NCBI GenBank assembly: GCA_964005815.1
Contig: CAXFSR010000017.1
Coordinates: 1-64,000, forward strand
DNA length: 64,000 bases
Reading direction: 5' to 3'
Origin: an uncultured Nitrospinaceae bacterium
GTDB taxonomy: Bacteria > UBA8248
In this document: positions 9,005 through 20,080 of the stretch, one piece after another
Position numbering within the stretch: position 1 is the stretch's first letter
Layout of the letters: every line of letters begins with the position of its first letter
Notes under the pieces: model-generated
Told to the model about the DNA's origin: nothing
Databases searched by the model: none
The model's input: only the letters and a program-made list of their open reading frames with translations
Translations under genes and position numbers: made by a program

Positions 9005-9033
9005 AGAATATACTTGTTTCAAATTTTGGTCAA
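9005..9033 (-). promoter_or_regulatory. Sigma70-like promoter for rpsD
   Basis: TTGACC-17 nt-TATTCT. Confidence 0.55.
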
Positions 9034-9072
9034 CTACTAAATACACATAAATTACAACGAGTTAAAAGAGAA

Positions 9073-9399
9073 TTATGTACCTGATTTTACTTTATCAGGC
9101 TTCTTACTCTTAATTTTTTCTTTGGTAGAACTCTTTGATTCTTTTGACTTAGCAGTATCCTTAGTTTTTGAATCTGTTTCAGCTTTACCTGATTCTTTTG
9201 ATTCTTCTTTCTTTCCACCATTGGCATAATCAGTAACATACCAACCATCCCCTTTTAAGTGAAAAGCAGAACGAGAAATTTTCCTTCGTAATTTCAAAGC
9301 ATTACAAGAAGGACATTTGCGTAATGCTCCTGCTGTGATCTTCTGCACCACTTCAAGTTCATGATCGCACTGGAGACATACATACTCATATATGGGCAA
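9073..9399 (-). CDS. FmdB-family zinc-ribbon protein with Lys/Ser-rich tail
   Basis: MPIYEYxCxxC...CPxC...FHLKGDGWYVTDY. Confidence 0.9.
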   Translation of the reverse strand: MPIYEYVCLQCDHELEVVQKITAGALRKCPSCNALKLRRKISRSAFHLKGDGWYVTDYANGGKKEESKESGKAETDSKTKDTAKSKESKSSTKEKIKSKKPDKVKSGT

Positions 9400-9418
9400 A
9401 ACTTTTCTCCTATAACCT

Positions 9419-10336
9419 TTATTTCAAAAATGTAAGCCAGGTGTGTCTAGATTCATCTTCTGCATTCACAATGGAAAAAAAGGAAGATTGTATTTTTTTA
9501 GTAATCTCTCCTGGTTGACCAGTACCAATCAAACTTCCATCAACCTCTCTAATAGGAGTTACCTCTGCTGCAGTACCTGTAAAAAAGGCTTCATCTGCAA
9601 TATATATTTCGTCCCGAGCAAAAGAACTAACCTCAACTGGAATCCCTAAATCTTCAGCAATCTTAAGAACAGTTTCTCGGGTAATTCCAGCTAAAACACC
9701 ATGCAAAGGAGGAGTTCGTAAAACGCCATCCCTAACCAAAAACAAATTCTCACCAGACCCTTGAGTAACAAATCCCTCTGGATCTAACATAAGCGCCTCA
9801 TCATAACCAGCTCTCACAGCTTCCATTTTAGATAATTGACTGACGACATAGTTCCCCGTAGTCTTTGCCTTTGTCATATAACTATTTGGATGATGACTCG
9901 TATAAGAGGATATTTTTACACGTATTCCCTTTTGCAATCCTTCCTCTCCAAGATAAGCGCCCCATTTCCACACTGCAATCATAGAATGTACTGGAGCACC
10001 AGCAGGATTTACACCCATGGAACCGTAGCCCAACCAAATCAAAGGACGTATATAACACGCATTTAATTCATTACGTAGAACTGTTTCTTGAATTGCATCT
10101 GAAATTGTTTCTTGACTATGAGACATTTCTAAACCTACTATCTTAGCAGAATCAAACAATCTCCTAACATGTTCATTCAACCTAAATATCCCAGGTCCTT
10201 TTACTGTTTCATAACATCTAATGCCTTCAAAAACACCTAGTCCATAATGTAAAGAATGGGTAAGAACGTGCACTTTAGCCTCATCCCATGGGATGAATTC
10301 ACCATCCATCCATATATGATCAGTTGCACCTTCCAA
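9419..10336 (-). CDS. ilvE: Branched-chain amino acid aminotransferase
   Basis: LHYGLGVFEGIR, KAKTTGNY and FFTGTAAEVTP. Confidence 0.95.
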   Translation of the reverse strand: MEGATDHIWMDGEFIPWDEAKVHVLTHSLHYGLGVFEGIRCYETVKGPGIFRLNEHVRRLFDSAKIVGLEMSHSQETISDAIQETVLRNELNACYIRPLIWLGYGSMGVNPAGAPVHSMIAVWKWGAYLGEEGLQKGIRVKISSYTSHHPNSYMTKAKTTGNYVVSQLSKMEAVRAGYDEALMLDPEGFVTQGSGENLFLVRDGVLRTPPLHGVLAGITRETVLKIAEDLGIPVEVSSFARDEIYIADEAFFTGTAAEVTPIREVDGSLIGTGQPGEITKKIQSSFFSIVNAEDESRHTWLTFLK

Positions 10337-10414
10337 TTTTATCTCCTTCTAAAAACAATCTAAAAAACTAAGGGATTAAATTACATAAAAACTCGATGGA
10401 TTTCAAACACAGTA

Positions 10415-11392
10415 TTAATATACCTCAGGATTTAACAAGGTGTATTCCATAACTTGCTCACCTCTTATAACTAATTCAATATTCTGAAAAACTATATCAT
10501 TAATTTTTTCACGAGCCTCATTCGTAGCACCCGCAAGATGAGGAGTTGCTACTACATTAGGCAGAGTGAAGATTGGATTCAAGACATCTGGAGGTTCTGA
10601 CTCAAAAACATCAAGCCCAGCTCCCGCAATCTGATTAGTTCTCAAAGCATCTAACAGAGCCTTTTCATCTATTACCGGGCCTCTAGCACAATTTACTATT
10701 ATAGCACTGGACTTCATTTGCCCAAAAGTAGATTTATCAAATAGATATTTAGTTTCATCCGTAAGGCTACAGTGGATAGAAATAAAATCAGATAATTTCA
10801 AAAGATCCGCGAAACTAGATGACTCAACTTCAAGTAAATCAAATTTCTCCGAAGACACATATGGGTCATATGCTAAAATTCTTCCGCCAAATCCAGACAG
10901 CATTTTTGCCAACTTACTTCCTATATTGCCTAAACCTACAATTCCAAAAGTTGCACCTGTCATCTCATTACCAATATGAATACTGTTTCTCCATTCACCA
11001 TTGATTAGCTTCTGAACTCCTTCTGGAATACGTCTACTAGACGCAAGCATAAGTCCAACAGCAGTTTCAGCAACAGCTATTGCATTTGCTCCAGGACAAT
11101 TTGCAACTGGAATTTTTCTTTCTGTTGCAGCACCTATGTCTATATTTTCAACTCCAACACCGATTTTAAGTATTGCCTTAAGTTTGGTAGCAGCATTAAT
11201 GACTTTTGAGGTGATTTGTTCTCTCGACGTAACTATAATGAAGTCCCAATCATGAGCAGCATTTACCAATTTCTCTTCAGTCCATTTTTCACCACCACCT
11301 TCTCGAAACTCTCCATAAACTTCGAGTTTATTTTTCAAATTCGCTATAGGCTTTCTTGCCTCAGGAGCAAAAAAGACTAGTTCAGCATTCAA
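10415..11392 (-). CDS. D-isomer-specific 2-hydroxyacid dehydrogenase (SerA-like, no ACT domain)
   Basis: GIVGLGNIG, NCARG, GLDVFESEP and TPHLAG. Confidence 0.9.
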   Translation of the reverse strand: MNAELVFFAPEARKPIANLKNKLEVYGEFREGGGEKWTEEKLVNAAHDWDFIIVTSREQITSKVINAATKLKAILKIGVGVENIDIGAATERKIPVANCPGANAIAVAETAVGLMLASSRRIPEGVQKLINGEWRNSIHIGNEMTGATFGIVGLGNIGSKLAKMLSGFGGRILAYDPYVSSEKFDLLEVESSSFADLLKLSDFISIHCSLTDETKYLFDKSTFGQMKSSAIIVNCARGPVIDEKALLDALRTNQIAGAGLDVFESEPPDVLNPIFTLPNVVATPHLAGATNEAREKINDIVFQNIELVIRGEQVMEYTLLNPEVY

Positions 11393-11456
11393 TTTATAAT
11401 CTCCTTATGAGAAAAAGAAATCACAAAAGAAAGGAAAATCGCTCAAGAATCTAAAA

Positions 11457-12530
<1,074 letters not shown>

Positions 12531-12547
12531 AAGATTCTCCTTTAGAT

Positions 12548-13096
12548 TTAATTACAATCGTTATTCTGCACCAAATTCAATATTTTCCTAGTTAAATCTA
12601 GAATTAATTTTTCAAATTCCACAGAATTCGGATTTTCTATTACTATATCAGCAAGCTTCTCAAAAACAGGTTCACGAAGCACGAACAAATTTCTAATATC
12701 CTCTTCTGGATTATCAGAATCATCAAGATAAGATGGATATCCTATTTTTCGTATTCGGCTTAGAATATCTTCTATAGGTACACGAACATAAACTACACAA
12801 AATTCCTCAAGTAATTCTCTATTTTTTTTATCATCTAGTGTTCCTCCTCCAAGGGAAATTAAACAAGAATCAACAGAAATATGCTCTTGCAGCAAAGAAT
12901 TCTCTAACTCTCTAAAATTATCCCTTCCGATCTTACGAAAAATTTCTCGAAAAGAAACTGCCTGCCCCTTTTCTTCAGAAAATCTTTTTTCTATAAGTTG
13001 ATCAAGATCAAAGAAATCAAGGTTTAGTCTCTCAGACAAAACTCTTCCGATCGTGGATTTTCCTGAACTTTTAAAACCTATCAAAATAATTTTCAA
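12548..13096 (-). CDS. aroK: Shikimate kinase
   Basis: GFKSSGKST P-loop, FRELE, SLGGG; adjacent to aroC. Confidence 0.9.
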   Translation of the reverse strand: MKIILIGFKSSGKSTIGRVLSERLNLDFFDLDQLIEKRFSEEKGQAVSFREIFRKIGRDNFRELENSLLQEHISVDSCLISLGGGTLDDKKNRELLEEFCVVYVRVPIEDILSRIRKIGYPSYLDDSDNPEEDIRNLFVLREPVFEKLADIVIENPNSVEFEKLILDLTRKILNLVQNNDCN

Positions 13097-13098
13097 AT

Positions 13099-14079
13099 TT
13101 ATTCCTTACAATTATTTTTTTTATCAAGATATCCAAGAATTAATGAAGAAAGATTCTCAACAAGAACACTTTCTTCAGAATTGCTAATATCAAACCAATG
13201 AATTAATGGATTCTTATCAAACCAAGTTCTTTGCCTCTTTGCATATTGTCTATGTAAAACACAAATCTTTTCTACTGCAGTCTCAAAATCTATTTCTTTT
13301 CTGCTTAACATAAAAGCTTCGTTAAAACCTAACCCTTCGAAAATTCGAGAATGTTGCAAAGACTCCTCAACTAAAAATTCTGACTCTTTCACCATACCTG
13401 AACTGAGCATTTTTCTGACCCTTGTTTCTATCTTAAAATTCAAGTCCTTTTTAGGCAAACTAAGTCCAATATACAGTGGGTTCTTAAATCTTGGGTCACT
13501 GTCTTCATTTTGAAATGTACTCAGAGGTTTCCCCGATATTTCAAAAACTTCCAAAGCTCTGATTAAACGTCTTTTATCATTAGGATGAATTCGCTTTGCT
13601 GAATCCGGATCTATATTATTGAGTTTTTCGTGCAAATAATTAGGTCCACTCTTTTCATAATCTTCCATTAAATTATTTCTTATGGATGAATCGGAAGAAG
13701 GACCATCAAAGATTCCTTCTACTAAAGATTGAATATACAATCCGCTACCGCCAACCAAGACTGGGAAAACTTTTCTGTTATAAATATCATTAAGGACATC
13801 CAAACAGTGTTTTGCATAAAGAGAAACATTATACTCGTCATGTGGGCTTAAAAAATCAACCATATGATGCTTGACCTGATTTCTTTCACGCAAGGAAGGT
13901 TTCGCTGTTCCTATAGAAACTTCTTTGTATATCTGCCTTGCATCTGCTCCTACAATTTCTAAATTAAAACCTTTCTCTTTCAAATACCTAGAAACTTTAA
14001 TTGAAAATTCGGTTTTCCCAGTACCAGTACACCCTAAAATTATAATTAAAGGCTTATTGGAAAAATTACCCATATTCAC
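13099..14079 (-). CDS. miaA: tRNA dimethylallyltransferase
   Basis: GCTGTGKT, DARQIY, IGTAKP, VGGSGLY and YAKRQRTW. Confidence 0.95.
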   Translation of the reverse strand: MNMGNFSNKPLIIILGCTGTGKTEFSIKVSRYLKEKGFNLEIVGADARQIYKEVSIGTAKPSLRERNQVKHHMVDFLSPHDEYNVSLYAKHCLDVLNDIYNRKVFPVLVGGSGLYIQSLVEGIFDGPSSDSSIRNNLMEDYEKSGPNYLHEKLNNIDPDSAKRIHPNDKRRLIRALEVFEISGKPLSTFQNEDSDPRFKNPLYIGLSLPKKDLNFKIETRVRKMLSSGMVKESEFLVEESLQHSRIFEGLGFNEAFMLSRKEIDFETAVEKICVLHRQYAKRQRTWFDKNPLIHWFDISNSEESVLVENLSSLILGYLDKKNNCKE

Positions 14080-14175
14080 TCAACCTAATTTTACAATATT
14101 TAAAAAACTTTCAAGAAAAAGACTAGGAATTACTAATGAAGATATTCTAGCTAAGAGAATTTGAAAATTAAAACA

Positions 14176-14508
14176 TCACAAGTTCTTTAATTCTTCTTCA
14201 AAATCTGTAGAACTACTGTCATCTGGGAAAAAACCATCATCAACTATTTTTCTTAAGTCTTTTCCAGCTTTAAAGAAGGGAATATTTTTAGTCGGCACAG
14301 AAACTGACTCACCCGTCCTTGGATTCCTTCCATCTCGACTATTTCTCTTTCTAGAACGGAAACTTCCGAAACCTCTTAATTCTACCTTGTCACCTTCAGC
14401 AAGAGAATTGACAATACTTCCTAAGACAATATTTACAATACGTTCTGAATCTTTCTTCGTGAGATTAATCTTCGCAGACAAGATATCAACAAGTTCTGCT
14501 TTTGTCAT
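14176..14508 (-). CDS. ihfB: Integration host factor beta / HU-family DNA-binding protein
   Basis: MTKAEL...VELRGFGSF...GRNPRTGE...FKAGKDLR; follows rpsA-sppA; start moved to ATG 14508. Confidence 0.85.
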   Translation of the reverse strand: MTKAELVDILSAKINLTKKDSERIVNIVLGSIVNSLAEGDKVELRGFGSFRSRKRNSRDGRNPRTGESVSVPTKNIPFFKAGKDLRKIVDDGFFPDDSSSTDFEEELKNL

Positions 14509-14546
14509 ATAAACTCCAAATAAACAATGCATTACGATAAAGAAAT

Positions 14547-15452
14547 CTAATTCCATACATAATGTAAGATATGGTTATTGTTTATCAAAAGATCACCTCT
14601 AAGCCAAGAGGGAAATGTATTTATTATACTTGAAAAAGAAGGAATTAAACTTTTTTTTATCTTCAACTCTATTACCCTTGGTTCCCCGTTAATACCTGAA
14701 AGTCTAGCTGCCTCCATTATTGCATCATTCCTTGTACCCATAAAATCAACAAGACCAAGTGTCTTTCCCCTCTTTCCACTAAATACCCTACCATCTGCAA
14801 TTTTCAGAACATCTTGTTTCTTTAATTTTCTTCCAATACTAACTTCTTCTACAAATTGTGTATAGATATCATCAACAAGCAATCTCAGTATTTCTCTATC
14901 TTTTTTTGTCATTGTTCTAAACGGTGAAGTCATATCCTTGTGTTCGGAACTTCTGATTATAGTCATTTTCACACCTACTTTCTTCAAAAGTTCCTCTGCA
15001 TTTGGTAACATCATCAAAACTCCTATACTTCCTATGATTGAACCAGGATACGCGTATATCTTATCTGTTGCACTAGCAAGATAATATCCACCTGAAGTAG
15101 CTACCGAACCTAGAGAAGCAATAATTTGTTTTCCTGACTTCTTGAAACGTTTAATTGCGCTAACTATTTCTTGAGTAGGGCCAACTCCTCCCCCTCTACT
15201 TTGAATAAAAATTACCAAAACCCTAATTTTTGGATTTTTTCTAAAAACATCAATTTTTGAGGTGATTTCATCAGCTTTATTTATGATACCTTCTACTTTA
15301 ATCAGACCTACAGAATTGTTCCCAATGGGAAGATTTGGGTAAAAATATTTTTTGTTTTCTTGAGGGGACAAAAGCAAGGAAAGACAAACAGCTACAAAAA
15401 AAAGTAACAATAAATACTTGCTAACCCGATTTCTAAATATTTTTTTAAGCAA
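14547..15452 (-). CDS. sppA: Signal peptide peptidase SppA (S49, 36K type)
   Basis: SRGG, ATSGGYY, GSIGV and ADGRVFSG. Confidence 0.9.
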   Translation of the reverse strand: MLKKIFRNRVSKYLLLLFFVAVCLSLLLSPQENKKYFYPNLPIGNNSVGLIKVEGIINKADEITSKIDVFRKNPKIRVLVIFIQSRGGGVGPTQEIVSAIKRFKKSGKQIIASLGSVATSGGYYLASATDKIYAYPGSIIGSIGVLMMLPNAEELLKKVGVKMTIIRSSEHKDMTSPFRTMTKKDREILRLLVDDIYTQFVEEVSIGRKLKKQDVLKIADGRVFSGKRGKTLGLVDFMGTRNDAIMEAARLSGINGEPRVIELKIKKSLIPSFSSIINTFPSWLRGDLLINNNHILHYVWN

Positions 15453-15464
15453 TCTTTTTAATCG

Positions 15465-17315
15465 TTATTTCTGTTCTTTATCATCAGAAGCCGAATCTTC
15501 TTCAGTCACATCTGAGGATTCTTCGGGTTCTGATTCTGAAATCTCACTCTTTGCTTCTTCAACTACTGATTCAGAGACTTCATTCTTTGATTCTTCAACT
15601 ACTTCTTCAGGGATAGGAGCCTGACTAATCAGAGCATCTTCACCTGTTGCTTCAATATATTCTTTAATGCTTAGACCAAGTCTTCTTTGGTCAGCTTCAA
15701 TTTTCACAACTCTCATATTAAAAATGTCACCAACCCTAACAACCTCTTCTGGTTTATTAACTTTATCCTCGCTAAGTTCTGAAATATGCACAAGACCTTC
15801 TAGTTCCGGTTCCGGTGTAGCAAAAACTCCAAAATTAGTTATCTTCGTTATTTCTGCCTTTATGTTCTCTCCTACAGAGTATTTTTCTTCTATATTTACC
15901 CAAGGATCGGAAGAAAGTTGTTTCATCCCTAAGGAAAGTCTTTCTTTCTCCGTATCAATACTAAGAACTATAGCTTCCACTTCTTGTCCTTTGTCCAAAA
16001 TTTCTGATGGATGTTTAAATCTTTGCGTCCAGGAAATATCAGAAATATGAATCAAACCATCTATTCCATCATCTAAGGAAAGAAATGCCCCAAATTCAGT
16101 AAGATTTCTAACTTGTCCTTTAACTTGTGTTCCGACTGAAAATCTTTCATGAACGTTGTCCCAAGGATTCTTCTCAATTTGTTTCATCCCAAGCGAAATC
16201 CTTCGAGTGTCGACTTGCACATCTAATACCACAGCATCAATAATATCATTCATAGAAACAATTTTAGAAGGATGCCTTACTCTTCGAGTCCAAGACATTT
16301 CGGAAACATGAACAAGACCTTCAATCCCATGTTCAAGCTCAAGGAAAACACCATAATCTGTAATAGAAACAACCCTTCCCCTAACTCTTCCATTATTTGG
16401 ATATTTTATTTTGACACTATCCCAAGGATCAGGGGTTATTTGTTTATGTCCAAGAGAAACTCTTTCTTTTTCTTTGTCATAATTGAGGATCAGGACTTTA
16501 ATTGTATCTCCTAAACTTACAACCTCCGAAGGATGATTAACCCTTCCCCAAGACATATCTGTAATATGCAGCAAACCGTCAATTCCACCTAAATCTATAA
16601 ATGCACCATAATCCGTAATATTTTTAACAACACCGACAGCTTGTTGACCCTCTTCTATAGTCTTGAGCGTCTCACGTTTCATTTCTGCTCTTTCACCTTC
16701 AAGCAAAACTCTTCGCGATAAAACTATATTCCCTCTTTTTCTACTTAACTTGATTATTTTCAGTTCAAGTTGTTTGCCAATAAACTGATCTAGATCTCTA
16801 ACCGGTCTTAAATCAACCTGAGAACCAGGCAAAAATGCTTTCAGTCCAACATCTACAGTCAGACCACCTTTAATCCTTGCAGTTACCCTACCCATGATAT
16901 TTTCTTCTTTTTCATAAGCAATGGTAAGTTCATCCCAAATTTTTATGCGATTTGCTTTTTCTTTTGATAAAACTAGGACACCTTCTTCATCCTCGCAATT
17001 CTCGACAAATACCTCTACGGGATCGCCTATTTTCAGGTCACCACCCCTAGATGGAAATTCTATTCTCGGAACCAAACCTTCTGATTTATATCCTACATCT
17101 ACAAGAATAAAATCGCTCTCAAAACCAACTATTGTTCCATTGACAATTTCTCCGTCCTTAATCTGAAATGTAGAAGCGTAAACATCTTCCATACTCTCAG
17201 GACTTAAAGATTCAAAATCATCGATACCATCCATAAGTTCTGCAAAAGTCTTAACTGTACTTACCTTTTCTCCGGTAGAACTATTCTGGGTTGTATCATC
17301 CATAAATTTAGACAA
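15465..17315 (-). CDS. rpsA: 30S ribosomal protein S1
   Basis: Six S1 repeats (DGLLHITDMSW etc.) and an acidic tail; the start may be ATG 17303. Confidence 0.98.
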   Translation of the reverse strand: MSKFMDDTTQNSSTGEKVSTVKTFAELMDGIDDFESLSPESMEDVYASTFQIKDGEIVNGTIVGFESDFILVDVGYKSEGLVPRIEFPSRGGDLKIGDPVEVFVENCEDEEGVLVLSKEKANRIKIWDELTIAYEKEENIMGRVTARIKGGLTVDVGLKAFLPGSQVDLRPVRDLDQFIGKQLELKIIKLSRKRGNIVLSRRVLLEGERAEMKRETLKTIEEGQQAVGVVKNITDYGAFIDLGGIDGLLHITDMSWGRVNHPSEVVSLGDTIKVLILNYDKEKERVSLGHKQITPDPWDSVKIKYPNNGRVRGRVVSITDYGVFLELEHGIEGLVHVSEMSWTRRVRHPSKIVSMNDIIDAVVLDVQVDTRRISLGMKQIEKNPWDNVHERFSVGTQVKGQVRNLTEFGAFLSLDDGIDGLIHISDISWTQRFKHPSEILDKGQEVEAIVLSIDTEKERLSLGMKQLSSDPWVNIEEKYSVGENIKAEITKITNFGVFATPEPELEGLVHISELSEDKVNKPEEVVRVGDIFNMRVVKIEADQRRLGLSIKEYIEATGEDALISQAPIPEEVVEESKNEVSESVVEEAKSEISESEPEESSDVTEEDSASDDKEQK

Positions 17316-17366
17316 ACCTCTATTAATTTATAAAAAAGACTTAAACGTAATTGCAACAGGTGACGA

Positions 17367-17395
17367 ATGCTACTTTAAGGAAAAGAAATCGTCAA
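17367..17395 (-). promoter_or_regulatory. Sigma70-like internal promoter for rpsA
   Basis: TTGACG-17 nt-TAGCAT in the cmk-rpsA spacer. Confidence 0.55.
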
Positions 17396-17409
17396 CACGT
17401 CTAGGATTG

Positions 17410-18111
17410 TTATCCTGAAAATAGGTGTTTTTCTACTTTATCAAAAACAAACTGAAATACTTGGTCAAGTGATTTGTCAGTTGTATCAACTAAAATAGAG
17501 TTTTCAGCTCTTTTTAATGGAGAATCAGTTCTAGTTCTATCTCGATCATCTCTATTTTTTAATTGTACAGATACATTTTCAAGATTGCTCCCAAGATTGT
17601 TATCCTGCAATTCTTTTAATCTTCTCTTAATCCGGACTTCTTCATCAGCATCAAAGTAGAATTTAAGTTGTGCATTTGGAAAAACAACAGTGCCTATATC
17701 TCTTCCTTCAAGTACCGCACCCTTTTTTCTTCCGAATTTTCTTTGATAACGTAAAAGAACTGAACGTACACACTTATCTGCTGAGATAAATGAGGCAAGT
17801 TCTGAAATTTTCTCTTGCCTAAGAAGAGTTGTAACATCCTGACCATTAATAAAGTTTTTCCATCCTACACTTGTGTGTTTACTATCAAAATTCATTTCCT
17901 TAGCAAAAAATGAAGCTAAATCAATATCACTAGCATCTTTACCTTCTTTCTCCATCAGAAAGGCAACTCCTCTATATAGCGCACCTGTTTCAAGGTAATC
18001 CCAATCTAATGAAGTTGCGAGTTTTTTTGCGACACTACTCTTTCCCGTTCCAGCAGCACCATCAATAGCAACAACTATTCCTACCCCTTCATTAACAGGC
18101 TTACCTGTCAT
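17410..18111 (-). CDS. cmk: Cytidylate kinase
   Basis: AIDGAAGTGKS, TGALYR and EGRDIGTVVFP; ATG 18111 overlaps the tyrA stop (ATGA). Confidence 0.95.
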   Translation of the reverse strand: MTGKPVNEGVGIVVAIDGAAGTGKSSVAKKLATSLDWDYLETGALYRGVAFLMEKEGKDASDIDLASFFAKEMNFDSKHTSVGWKNFINGQDVTTLLRQEKISELASFISADKCVRSVLLRYQRKFGRKKGAVLEGRDIGTVVFPNAQLKFYFDADEEVRIKRRLKELQDNNLGSNLENVSVQLKNRDDRDRTRTDSPLKRAENSILVDTTDKSLDQVFQFVFDKVEKHLFSG

Positions 18112-18974
18112 TTCTCTTCCTTTGCATTTAGCCAAGAATCTCTTCCATTTTTAGCACTCCGAAACATTTCATAAAGAGAATTCTCATCTGAATTTTCAAT
18201 TAAATCACTGATAGAATTCAAATTGTCACGGAAAGTCTTAATCGAATCCAAAATTGCTTCCTTGTTTTGAATGCATATTTCACTCCACATTTCCGGATTA
18301 CTAGAAGCAATTCGAGTGAAATCTTTAAATCCACCTGCAGCATAAGAGATACCATTTCCCTCTAACACTGCATTCACTAGAGCATATGCAACAACATGAG
18401 GTAAGTGACTAATATCTGAAAGAATTCGATCATGTTTTTCTGGGTCTAAGAGTTCAACTCTCGAACCTAGACCAATCCAAAAGTTTTTCAATCGTTCAAT
18501 AGCAATTTTTGAGTTTTTTTCAATTGGAGTAAGAATCGTCACATGATTCTCAAACAAACTAGCATAACTCGCCTCAACACCAGAAGATTCTGTTCCTGCT
18601 ATAGGATGACCACCAATAAATTCGGCATTCGCATTTACGCTTTCCTTGAAAACATCTACCACCTTAGCTTTAACACTCCCTACATCAGTTATGATAGTTT
18701 GAGAATCGAGTTTTGACAGAAGAGTAGAAATAATATCTATCGATTTTTCTACGGGAGTGGCAATCACTACCAAATCAGAGCCTTGGACAGCATCCAGAAG
18801 AACTGACTCATAACTATCTATGACTCCAAGAGAAACTGCACTATCTAAATTTTTTTTTGTTCTACCAAATCCAACAATTTCCTTAACTAAACCTTCCTCT
18901 CTAGCTTTTCTTGCCATGGAACCACCTATAAGTCCAACTCCGACAATTGTCATTTTTTCAAAAAGTTGTGTCAT
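18108..18974 (-). CDS. tyrA: Prephenate/cyclohexadienyl dehydrogenase
   Basis: GVGLIGGS, TDVGSVK, GHPIAGTE, SHLPH and DFTRIA. Confidence 0.95.
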   Translation of the reverse strand: MTQLFEKMTIVGVGLIGGSMARKAREEGLVKEIVGFGRTKKNLDSAVSLGVIDSYESVLLDAVQGSDLVVIATPVEKSIDIISTLLSKLDSQTIITDVGSVKAKVVDVFKESVNANAEFIGGHPIAGTESSGVEASYASLFENHVTILTPIEKNSKIAIERLKNFWIGLGSRVELLDPEKHDRILSDISHLPHVVAYALVNAVLEGNGISYAAGGFKDFTRIASSNPEMWSEICIQNKEAILDSIKTFRDNLNSISDLIENSDENSLYEMFRSAKNGRDSWLNAKEEK

Positions 18975-20080
18975 TAGAGTACTTCCTTTAAATCCTTCAT
19001 AAATCTACGATTTTCATCCATTGTACCAATCGAAACTCTTATATGTGAAGGGAATCCATACCCAGTTATAGGTCTCACTATAACACCCCGTTTCAAAAGG
19101 GAATCATAAACACGATCCCCATTAGAAACATCAATCATCAGAAAATTAGCTTGTGTGGATACAAAAGGGATTCCAAGTGAAGTTAGTTCTTTCTCTAAAA
19201 ATTCACGTCCTTCTAAGTTAGAGGAAATAGTTTCTTTCACATGCTTCTCATCTCCCAAAGCGTTCTCTGCAGCTAACAATGCTAAAGAGTTTACATTAAA
19301 CGGCTCCCGAACTTTGCTAAGTATAGAAATTATTTCAGGTTGTGCAATTCCATATCCTATTCTTAAGCCTGCCAAACCATAAACTTTAGAAAATGTCCTA
19401 AGAATAACTAAATTATGATATTTATTCATTAATTCTAAGGTATTTGGGTAATTTTCATCCGTGACGAATTGACAATATGCTTCATCAACTACTACTACAA
19501 TATTTCCTGAAATCTCCTCCAACAACTTTACAAGATCGGATTCGCTAAAAGAAGTCCCAGTAGGGTTATTAGGATTTGCCAAGAATATTATTTTTGTCTT
19601 GTCATCAACTCTTTTCGAAATACCATCTAGATCGTGAGTAAAATCTTTCATAGGAGAGATTTTCATTTTGCAACAACTTAGCTGAGAAACAATTTGATAC
19701 ACTATAAAAGCACCTTCAGAGAACACAACAGAATCATTAGGATTTAAAAAAGCATGAGCTATAATCTCTAACACTTCATTGGTTCCATTGCCTAGAATGA
19801 AACATTCCTCATTTAAAGCATGAAAATGAGAGAGTGCTTTTTTTAAATAAAAACCACTACCATCTGGATAACGATTCAGATCAGAAAATCCTTTCTTCAT
19901 AGCCGCAACAGCCAGAGGAGAAGGACCTAAAGGATTTTCATTTGAAGCAAGCTTTATTGATTTTTCTAATCCTAGCTCTCTTTCTAATTCCTCAACAGGT
20001 TTGCCTGGAAGATATACTATAATATCTTCAATACAATCTGATGTTCTCGACGTGAATTCCACATCTGCCTCCATTTTCAA
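18974..20080 (-). CDS. hisC: Histidinol-phosphate/aromatic aminotransferase
   Basis: KLASNENP, NPNNPTG, DEAY and RTFSKVYGLAGLRIG. Confidence 0.95.
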   Translation of the reverse strand: MKMEADVEFTSRTSDCIEDIIVYLPGKPVEELERELGLEKSIKLASNENPLGPSPLAVAAMKKGFSDLNRYPDGSGFYLKKALSHFHALNEECFILGNGTNEVLEIIAHAFLNPNDSVVFSEGAFIVYQIVSQLSCCKMKISPMKDFTHDLDGISKRVDDKTKIIFLANPNNPTGTSFSESDLVKLLEEISGNIVVVVDEAYCQFVTDENYPNTLELMNKYHNLVILRTFSKVYGLAGLRIGYGIAQPEIISILSKVREPFNVNSLALLAAENALGDEKHVKETISSNLEGREFLEKELTSLGIPFVSTQANFLMIDVSNGDRVYDSLLKRGVIVRPITGYGFPSHIRVSIGTMDENRRFMKDLKEVL

